This document shows positions 53,230-64,000 of a stretch of DNA of 64,000 nt, in pieces. Source of the stretch: Octopus vulgaris (taxonomy: Eukaryota); the NCBI GenBank assembly GCA_951406725.2, contig OX597816.1, positions 36,084,001-36,148,000 of the forward strand, read 5' to 3'. Position 1 is the first letter of the stretch. Every line of letters starts with the position of its first letter. The translations under genes were made by a program, and so were the position numbers. The notes under the pieces are model-generated. The model was not told the origin of the DNA. It did no database searches and saw only the letters and a program-made list of their open reading frames with translations.

Positions 53230-55140
53230 AATAAGTCTTTCTACACTTGCCGTCAGAAATGTTTATGAAGTGCTCCTCGAGATGTATAGTTTTTAGTTGA
53301 GTGCGTTCTACCTCCAGAAAAAAACAAAGCACTTCTTCGTTGATAGGTCAGTGTGTCTTTCTCATAATTTATTATAGAGTCCCAATTTACTGAATATAAT
53401 ATGCCCTGGGTACTTAATGATAAATATATTCTTAGAGCTACATGAACACATGGAAAGGTATTATCAAGCCCTTCGTGTAAGATTAGAAACACTTGTCGAA
53501 ATTGAGTGGGACATGACATGAGGTTTGAAAAGCTGAGGTTCACCTATGAAAACCTGATACGTAGCCACTCTGGAGAGCCGTAATAATTTTTACTCTACAC
53601 TTAATTTTTCCACTACATCTGGAAAACACATACGATGACACGACGTTGAACTTTTAACCTGTTAATTGATAAGTTGCATTTAGTTTTTCATTGCAACTGA
53701 CTGCGGATGTGAAATTATACTGACGCGCCCGCATTCAAATTTTGAGTTTAAGGTAAATGATGAATCCCGCTGAAACTGAGGTGCTTGTTTCTCCTTCTTG
53801 ACCCATTTGTTTACGTCTAGCATTTCCATTTCTGTCCATACCATTCATTTCCAACTCTTTGCACCACTCACAAATCATTTCGGGAACTTTTCCGGATAAA
53901 TTATTAGATCCTCCAGTTTATTCAGATAAACTTCCACTCCATGAAATGTTGTTTTGTACTGTTAAAGCGTATAAAAGTTAAATTGCAGATTTGTTTGTTC
54001 TGAACGAATCTTGAACGAATTTTGAATGTCATTGCATCCATTTAAGTGGGTTGTAATACCGACGGCTATTGTTGGCAAACGAATTTCTGATACGTTCTAG
54101 AAACCAAACACTATTTTATTTCATTTGGAATCTTTCATTCATTTTACTTATTCAGTTGACGCGGAAAAAGGTGTATAAACTTTCGATGGGGTCATCATAT
54201 ATAACGCTACAAAATATTTAGAAACAGCAGGTTCTCCAACACGATTCAGTGAGTGAGAAGCAGTGTTGATAAAAATCGCTGTATTATTTTTCTTTTGTCT
54301 GTCTTATATTCTTTGCTGTGAGCGCACATATTGCTAGCATTGACATAGAAATGCTACTAGAATCTTCAAAATTGATATCATCGTTTGGCTTTTGAAATTC
54401 CTGTAGAGATATGCGAAATACTTCAATTTTATAGAACCGTTGTATGAAGGCCTTAAAATACATTCTGTCAACTTCACAGAAATAATGTATCGCACGATAG
54501 TCATTAATTAGGCAAATTGAACGCCCATGATTAATAACGTCATGCTATGTCTTAGGAGGGTCATTGTGCCATTGATATTATTACCGTAATGATTTCTCTT
54601 TCGCCCCAAGACACAAGATTCGTTTCACTTCATGAATTCGCATAAAGAATCAATCTTATGCAAAAGCGAAAATTTATAACATATTTGGCTATCAACAGAA
54701 TGTTTTGTTTCTTTTTTACCTTTTGAAGGAATATGACTGCTTCAAGGATTGGTAATTTCCTTTCAACAAATCCATTAGAAATGGTTGAAACTGAGCAGTA
54801 CTTTCCAAAATTCATAAAACGTTCCCATTGCGATTACATCATTTGATTTTTCTCTTTGTTACTGATGAAAATTTCATTGGAAACGAAGAAACCTTATAAA
54901 CTCCCCAGACGAAATATATCATTTGGAAAGTGAAATATATTTCATGTGTCCCACCAAACAATGATGTAATGCTCTCTGAATTTAGAACTCCACATTGTTT
55001 TACTTTAATGAAAAGTACGTCTCGGGAACTAACGTTTCGAATCTTTTTGTGAGAGAGGCGGATATTTTGGATTGCAAGTTGGAAATGCTTACTTTCTCTT
55101 CTCATTGTGTTTATTGTCTTTCTTTTTTCCAATATATATT
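53230..55140 (-). mobile_element. Decayed hAT (Tip100/ZMYM-like) transposase
   Basis: GLDNTFPCVHVALRIYLSL (hAT dimerisation domain); upstream NGFVER and ERNHYGNNIN (~RGQSYDNASN). Confidence 0.6.
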
Positions 55141-57076
55141 AAGCACCTATTTATGATGATAATCGTACAGTGGTAAACTACCACTAAAAGAATACCTAAC
55201 ATTTAGCAGATATAGGTGGAAACTAGTGGTCAGGAGACAAATTGAAAACGATCTGTTGTTCTGATATTTAAAGGTTGCGAGTAAACACCTGCTAAAGTAA
55301 CAATCAATATGTTACCGATGCAAAGTTCAGAGTTAATGTTTTTTCTTGACAACTGTAAATGATATGGAAACACAACATACGCTATATGTATATCCCATAT
55401 TATAAACAACAACAGCTTCTAAATCGTCACGTAATCTTTCTAACAAAAAGAATTTTAAATACTTTGAACGTCGTGAAATGATAGTGACAAAACTAAATAG
55501 ATCGAAACATATTTACAGAAATATTTAACAATATGAAATATAAATATATAGGTATTCAGAAGACATGAATGTTCGATGTAAATCACAGATCATAAATGAA
55601 ACTAACAGTAGAAAAGGGAGAGATTTTACTTGTCTGTCTTAAATGACAGAAACAAATATGCTAAAATAGTAAGTTATTATTATAGATGATGCAAAGACTA
55701 TGGATATCTATTTTCATTTATCACCAGTATCATATCGTTAACATATTAAAGTATCATTGAAGGAAATATGAGATTTCCCATTCTATAAAAAACTTAGTCA
55801 TGTTAAATTAATTTCAAATACACCACTCATTTGGAAACGTAATTAGACCTTTATAAGGCAGTGGTTCTGAACAAAATGCTTAGAGGCATTGGCAGCATTT
55901 AAAATTGGAACGTAAAGACGAACAAAGTGCCGCTAAGCATTTTGTTCGCATTTACGTTCCGATTTTAGGTGCTGGCAATTTTGACTTAGCCTTTCATATC
56001 GCAGGACCGCTAAAAATAAATATTAGTCATATACTGAGGTCGATGTAATTGCCTAATACCTTTCCTCAAATTCCAAACATCAGGCCTCTTGCCTATAGTA
56101 GAAAGGATTTGTGTTATCATTATTATAGTTATTGTTGTCGGTGTTGTTCAAGCCAGAGCGTTGACAGAAGCGTTACAGTCCGACAAAATGCTTATCTTGT
56201 ATTTGTCCAGCTCTTTATATTATGAATTCAAGTCCATCGGAAATTAATTTTCGACTTACTAGCATTATTCAAATAAAGTACTAGTCACATTCTGGAGTCG
56301 GTGTCATCCATTGGTTCCCTTTATGAAGTTAAAAACAATAAATACGTAGATATTATTGAAGCAGCATTTTCACAAAAGCCCAGCACTTAGTATAATGATA
56401 AAAAAATAATCGAATCTTTGTATTAGTCTTGACCTAAAAATTATTAATTTCTGAATAAAATATAATGGCCTGTTTTTCCTAGAATTTTGTAAAATAATAT
56501 AAACGGAAATTAAAATGATATAAAAATTTAGAATCTGCTAAAAACACATCTTTCAACTTAAATAATAGTAATTTATGTTAGATGTACACTTATAATGATA
56601 GGATGCTATATAGTTTGCATTTAAAGTACTTAACAGAGTAGAAAGTAGACCAAATTTAGTTCTGAATTGGATGGGAAACATAAATGAAGCAAATTACGAA
56701 ACTTCACTGTAACTTCGCTCCACAAATTCCTGTTCAGTCACGGGAAATGAAGGAGAACGGATTAAGAAAATAATACATTTCAAATTCTTGTAAACGCTGC
56801 AATTACTCCGGATTGTATATGTCACCATCATTTCTGACAATAGTATTGATTTTTCTTTAACATTCTATTTCCCTTTTGTTATTGTATACTTTGAGTCTAT
56901 TTTATGCAAGCGACTGTAGGATGAAATATAAGGGGAAGCCCTTGCTATAGTATTTCTGATGGTCAAAATGAATGGAGGTTTGTGGAGTTATTTGATCATA
57001 TCTGGGTGTGGGTCTCGCCCAGTAGAAGAATTTCTTCTTATAAATTTATTGTTGATATTGTGTTTATTATTTGCAT

Positions 57077-57241
57077 GTGCAGGAGTGGCTGTGCACAGGA
57101 GTGGCTGTGTGGTAAGTAGCTGGCTAACCAACCACATGGTTCTGGCTTCAGTCCCACTGCGTGGCACCTTGGGCTAGTGTCTTCTACTATAGCCTTGTGA
57201 GTGGATTTGGTAGACGGAAACTGAAAGAAGCCCGTCGTAAA

Positions 57242-57292
<51 letters not shown>

Positions 57293-57505
57293 GTGTATGT
57301 GTGTGTGTGTCTGTGTTTGTCCCCCCTAGCATTGCTTGACAACCGATGCTGGTGCGTTTATGTCTCCGTAACTTAGCAGTTCGGCAAAAGAGACCGATAG
57401 AAAATGTACTGGGCTTACAAAGAATAAGTCCCGGGACTGAGTTGCTCGATTAATGGCGGTGCTCCAGCATGGCCGCAGTCAAATAACTGAAACAATTAAA
57501 AAAAA
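57077..57505 (+). mobile_element. SINE family A with duplicated 5' caggagtggctgtg
   Basis: Direct match to the family; small internal deletion. Confidence 0.93.
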
Positions 57506-57619
57506 TGTGTTTATGTTAATCCACTCAGTGCAATGTCTTCAGATTGCCCCAATATTTTCGTGGCGCAAGTGGCTAACACGGTAACAACAGCAACATCACT
57601 AACAGCTTTAAGAATAACA

Positions 57620-58642
57620 ATAATATAAGAATAGAAGCTTGGAAACTAAATATGTTTAGAAATACAAGATTTAAATCGTCGCTTGAGAAAAAATACTGAG
57701 ACAAAGAGAACAGAATTTGAGATTGTCATGGAAGAGTTGAAACAGAGTATCAAAGCAATATCAGATAAGCTTTTCGGGTATAAGTAAAGAATAGATCGGC
57801 ATCAGAACAGATTGTTTGAGACAGATAAGAGGATATTTTATGGTCAAATGAACAGTGTAGAAGAAAGTACTGGATATGGGAAATGTAATGCAGAAAAAGC
57901 TGGAGTAATATTTCGGATAAACCAGTCAATCATAATGGAGAAGCAGAATGGTTAAAGAAAGTAAGGAAAGAAAGAATTAGTGAGAAGCAGCCACACCTAA
58001 CACTAACTAGTACATTAATGAATAAATTGTTTGAGAAAATGCCGAACTAGAAGGGTCTAGGAACAGATTTAGTTGAAGAGTACTGGTTGAAGAAATTTAG
58101 TAGCTTACAAAGGAGGCTGAGGGAACAACTTCAGGACTGCGTGGATGGAGGTGTAATAACAGATTGGATGATTAAAGGGAGACAGTTCCTTTAATGTAAA
58201 ACAAAGGCAAATGCAATGTTGCTAGTAATTATAGATCAATTAATTTACCATTACTGGGGAAGCTGTTGAGAGTAATGCTCTCATAAACCATTTACGAGTA
58301 CTTTGACTGCTCTAATTTGTTGCCAGTAGAACAAAATGGTTGTAGGAAGAACGCTACAGAAACGCATGATCTATTATACATAGACAAAGAAATTCTAAAA
58401 GTAGTGAAATCTAGAAAGAAAATATTACCAATATCATGAATAGATTTTAAAAGATGCTATGACATGATTCTACCCTCATGGATAAGGTTTGAGTTCATTC
58501 AATATGGCAGACAGCATAATGGATTTTATTAGCTGTAGCATAAAGAAATAGAAACTATCTACTCTGGTAACACAGTTTTAGGGAAGTTAATATCAGGAGA
58601 AGAATTTTCCAGGGAGACTCGTTATCCCCTTTAATATTTGTG

Positions 58643-58645
<3 letters not shown>
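57620..58645 (+). mobile_element. R4/Dong-clade LINE, RT N-terminal half, cut at a (TA)n tract
   Basis: QNRLFETDKRIFY, MPN*KGLGTD..YWLKKF, ASNYRSI, EQNGCRK...DLLYIDK, IDFKRCYD, RRIFQGDSLSPLIFVL. Confidence 0.92.
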
Positions 58646-58701
<56 letters not shown>

Positions 58702-58835
58702 TATATTATATTGAGGGTACTACTATTCGTAGATACCAACACGCTAAGAGGGACCAATGCGGTCAAAACTACTAAAATAAACAAAATTTTACCGAATGCA
58801 AAACTTCAAAACACATCATTTTAAAAAAGAATTCA

Positions 58836-58899
58836 GTTACATATCACTTGTGATTTCGCATTTAATGCAGAATATGCATTTCATGTTCGTCAGTGCAAC
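58836..58899 (-). ncRNA. Near-intact type I hammerhead in a ~250 bp module between (TA)n tracts
   Basis: gttgca-CTGACGA-acatg aaatgca tattc tgcatt aaatgc-GAAA-TCAC aa GTGA-TA-tgtaac. 6 bp stem I, AUA site. Confidence 0.85.
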
Positions 58900-58950
58900 A
58901 AACTCAAGAAATATTTTAAAGATTAAAGATTTTATCCTCAATTGTTAATT

Positions 58951-58992
<42 letters not shown>

Positions 58993-59289
58993 TAGGTAGG
59001 TAGGTAGGTACGTACGTACGTAGGCAGGTAGATAGGTAGGTGGGTAGGTAGGTAGGTAGGTATGTAGGTAGGTAGGTGGGTAGGTAGGTAGGTAGGTAAG
59101 TAGGTAAGTAGGTAGGTAGGTAGGTATGTATTTGGTAGGTAGGTAGGTAGGTAGGTAGGTAGGTAGGTAGGCAGGCAGGCAGGTAAGTACGTAGGTAGGT
59201 AGATAGGCAGCCAGGTTAGTAGGTAGGTAGGTAGATAGGCAGGCAGGTAAGTAGGTAGGGAGGGAGAAAGGTAGTGAGGTAGGTAGGTA
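58993..59289. repeat. (TAGG)n tetranucleotide microsatellite
   Basis: Directly visible. Confidence 0.97.
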
Positions 59290-59495
59290 TATTTTATATC
59301 AATTTAGACGCGATTCAATCGCCAAATGTTGATTGTCCATAATAATTACAAGCTAATTTGAACTCTGTGAAGTTATTTGTTATATACATTGAATTACAAT
59401 TGTTATTTCAATCTGTGATTAACATTAAATTTGGAGGGTCATATGAATGTTGCCTAATTTTCAAATTAGCTACCGATTAAACAGGTAAGTGACGT

Positions 59496-59822
59496 TTTAA
59501 AGACTCCGCCGGTTACGACGACGAGGGTTCCAGCTGATACGATCAACGGAACAGCTTGCTCGTGAAATTAACGTGCAAATGGCTGAGCATTCCACAGACA
59601 CGTGTACCCTTAACGTAGTTCTCGGGGATAATCAGCGTGACACAGAGAGTGACAAGGCTGACCCTTTGAAATACAAGTACAACTCATTTTTGCCAGCTGA
59701 GTGGACTGGAGCAACGTGAAATAAAGTGTCTTGCTCAAGGACACAACGCGTCGCCTGGAATCGAACTCACAACCTTACGATCATGAGCCGAATGCCCTAA
59801 CCACTAAGGCACGCGCCCTCAC
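59496..59822 (-). mobile_element. CORE-type SINE family C with 12 bp TSD
   Basis: ggtaagtgacgt at 59484-59495 and 59823-59834; tRNA head gggcgcgtgccttagtggttagggc...gagttcgattcc. Confidence 0.95.
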
Positions 59823-60784
59823 GGTAAGTGACGTAAAGGGATGTGAATTACCGGTTTCAAGTCAGTTATTTAAATGTCGAATAATATAGTATCCACACCA
59901 CTCATCAGTAAAGGATTCCACATAATCTTACTGTACTTTTCTCTTTCTGCCTTCTATCCCCCTCTTCGTACGATCTTCTTTCTCTTTGTTTTGTTGTCAA
60001 CAATGTAGGCCTAGATCATTTCAGTTATAGGGTGCTCTAACTCTATTTTAATACTGGATGTATTTATTTGGTGGTCTTCAGTTTAAGAAACCAAGAACTC
60101 CATAATTACACACAAACCCTACTGATAACATATTCAAAAACATTATATCCACATTACCAGACGATATAAATAAACTATTTCATTGGATCAAAACTACCAA
60201 CATACATATATTACGTCCAACCACTAAGCTACAAACTACCCAAGCATAAATGTACACAAGTCAGCATATACACCTAAGCAGAAAGAATTCCTTCAAACAT
60301 TCACTCATATACGCACAAAGAAGGTGATGTACACTACTAATTCATTTCATACAAGTACAGAGACTCATACGATTATATTTACCTAAATCCCCTAAAATCT
60401 ATCCTAATACTACACATACACATACAGAGATCACACACTTTCACACCTCACCCTCGTAAAGCATACACCTGCGCAAAGTACCCATACGCAAACACGAAGA
60501 CGTAAATATATACACACGCTCACTCGCACAGAGGCTCGCACGTACGTTAGTATATTTCCAAGATGACATTTAGTACATTAAACGGTTCTTTGAGAGAGAT
60601 ATGCGTATCTTGATATACAAATTCATTGAACGTTTGACGGAGTGAACAGTATGAAACTTAGATCAAACAAACATATAAGAACAGCTTAGCATAGTGAAAT
60701 AGAAATCACTAGAAGTTATACGGTATATTCATTTTAGTTTCATATACGCACGATGTATGTATTGTCTGTAGTCTGTATTTGTCC

Positions 60785-61414
<630 letters not shown>

Positions 61415-61959
61415 CTTTGATACAGTTAAAGTGGTATAATTTAAAATCCGAATAGTCATGGTTTCGTTGTGACCATCTTAATCACACATGAATACCTGCG
61501 CTTACACATATGTGTGTATGTGTGTGAGAGTGTGAGTGCGTTTTGTGTATGTATGTGTGTGTGTGTGTAGGCTAGAACTAAAAAGTTATAAGAAAACCTT
61601 ACCTGTGAGAAGAAATTATATAATTATAGGAGCCTTCGTAAATCTAAACATCTTTCCTACAATAGATAAAAAAACTTGTGGCAGCATTGATTGCATTGTG
61701 CTCTTCAAATTGTTTATGAATGTAATTCTTTGAACCTAGTTACATTGTCTGCCAAATTAACTTTTCTTAGTGTCACGTAACCCAAATCCATACCTGACAT
61801 ATGAAAGCAACTGACTTAGTTAAATTCCGCGGTATCTTGTGTGGGGAAATTTTCATATACTCCAGATTCAATATATTCCCTGAAGACGTACGTTTTATTG
61901 CTTTTCATTTTCTTTAAATTGATTCCTTGTATGCGTATTTGAAAATGAGCATTATATAT

Positions 61960-62174
61960 TAGTTTCTACTCTAGACAGAAGGCCAGACATCTTTGGTGAG
62001 TGGGGTATTCGATTAGATCGACCCCGGTACGCAACTGGTACATAATTTCTCGACCCCGAAAGTATGAAAGGCAAAGTCGACCTCGGCGAAATTTGAAATC
62101 AGAACCTAAAGATAGACAAAATACCGCTAAGCATTTTGCCGGGCGTTCTAACGATTCTGCCAGCTCATCGCCTT
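61960..62174 (-). mobile_element. SINE family B
   Basis: cgaccccgaaagtatgaaaggcaaagtcgacctcggcg...taacgattctgccagctc. Confidence 0.9.
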
Positions 62175-62377
62175 ATGATCCTTATATATTAGTATTGGTA
62201 TCATATTGTTTTTAACGGAAATATAGTTCAATGGTTATATTCTACTTTGATTAATTGTGTCAGTAACGACAACAAAAATTGCTACGAGTATACACATTTT
62301 GGCTGATGTTGTTGTTCCATGTATTTACTAAATCCGTTTCTTGCGGTACCGATTAATTAGAGCATCCTAAACAACCA

Positions 62378-62540
62378 GGCGTAGGAGTGGATGTGTGGTA
62401 AGTAGCTTGCTTACCAACCACATGGTTTCGGATTCAGTCCCACTGCGAGGCACCTTGGGCAAGTGTCTTCTACTATAGCCTCGGGCCGACCAAAACCTTG
62501 CGAGTGGATTTGATAGATAGAAACTGAAAGAAGTCCGTCG

Positions 62541-62589
<49 letters not shown>

Positions 62590-62797
62590 CTGTGTGTCTT
62601 TGTCCACCCAACTTCGCTTGACAACCGATGCTGGTGTGCTTATGTCCCCGTAACTTAGCTGTTCGGCAAAAGGGACCGATAGAATAAGTACTAGGCTTAC
62701 AAAGAATAAGTCCTGGGGTCGATTTGCTCGGCTAAAAGCGGTGCTCCAGTATGGCCGCAGTCAAATGAGTGAAACAAGTAAAAGAGTAAAGGAGTAA
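62378..62797 (+). mobile_element. SINE family A
   Basis: Full-length match to 9609-10000. Confidence 0.95.
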
Positions 62798-64000
62798 ACC
62801 ACACATTTCATCAATTTGTGTGGAGGCAAACACAAAGTTGCACATTTATTTATTGAAAGAAAATCACACAAACACACAGCAAATCATTTATATACGACGG
62901 GATTTTAAACAGTTTTATCAAATGCACACACAAAATTTTAAACGCCTTAGGTCTAAAACAGAAGTAACTATGAGGTAGCAAGGCAACCATCTTAATTACA
63001 AAGTTTTGTTTGCTCCTATTTGTAAGTTCTATAACATCATTTATGGAAATTTGTTCTCTATTTTCTGCAATTCTAACACGCGCACAGAAACTTTTTTTTT
63101 TTTAGTCTGTCGTATTTAAATACCACACAACGCATTATGATAAACGATTCAGTAGCTGAAATCAATAAAGAGTGTGTAGAGCAGAAGGCTGCTACTCAAT
63201 TACACCATATGACATGAACACTACAATTATTGTCTTACTGTTATCAAACACCACAGAGGAAACACAACATTTTTGTCAGTAGAAGCGACGGAGATATAAA
63301 TACTTATACTATTAACTAACATAGCTGTACAATATATCTTCCCTGCGTGTGTGTACTCGTTAGGGTGGTACACTTACAGCTGCCTTAATAATTGTACTAA
63401 CAAAACATAAACGAGCTATTGTGGTGATGATTGTATAAGTATTAAGAATTTCGTTTGTGAATGTTGCTTCACAACTTTCTTTCTGAACGGTAAATTTACA
63501 TGATGTCAATCACTGAAGATTATGTAGATTAATATCAGAATATATCACGGGAAAAAGAAATTCGTTTTATATTTTCCTGAATAGAATTATTTTATCTTTA
63601 ATTTGAGGCAAATAGAAAATTACATTATTGAAGAATAGGGCATTGTCTAGGGAGGAAAGAAGTCTGAGAAATTCTATCGATGTCATTTTGGATAAAGAAG
63701 TGATATCTTAGTCAATTTACATTTCTATTGAGGTCGAAGTAACGAAACTTTTTCATAAGTAAATGTGTTTCTGATACATTTTATTAAACTGGTGTCTTGT
63801 GTGACAAATAACACAATGCATGAAAAACAAATTCGGCAAGATATACAAATGAAGGGAACTGGTTACGATTGAAAACTTTGGCAAATGAAAGAGAATGTAT
63901 AATTGTACGAGGAACCAGTTGAAATGTTCATAGACTGACCAAGATACTCTCATGGAATTTGATCAACTGAAATATATTATTCAACATCGAAGTTGCTGTG

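Noticed and set aside
60005-60085. Minus CTGAAGA...GAAATGATC
   Set aside because: No stem I or stem II.

Overview
AT-rich, repeat-saturated animal DNA. The SINE families and the (TA)n/(CA)n microsatellite landscape suggest a cephalopod, probably Octopus. I could not support any host protein-coding exon; most ORF-track entries are microsatellite translations. The window holds decayed DNA transposons (several mariners, a full-length Tigger/pogo, hAT and piggyBac-like relics), non-autonomous Helitrons, LINE fragments (R4/Dong, CR1-group, RTE), three tRNA-derived SINE families and four Penelope-like elements (PLEs), one with an uninterrupted RT-thumb/GIY-YIG frame. The most interesting layer is about ten minimal type I hammerhead ribozyme (HHR) motifs from several unrelated sequence families. 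Most lie in short ORF-less modules wedged between (TA)n tracts. Some are 415-437 bp monomer-plus-partial tandem units resembling retrozymes or solo pseudo-LTRs, and some share a non-canonical CCGANGA core. Several fold-back inversions centred on (TA)n tracts may be assembly artefacts. All folds and translations were done by eye.
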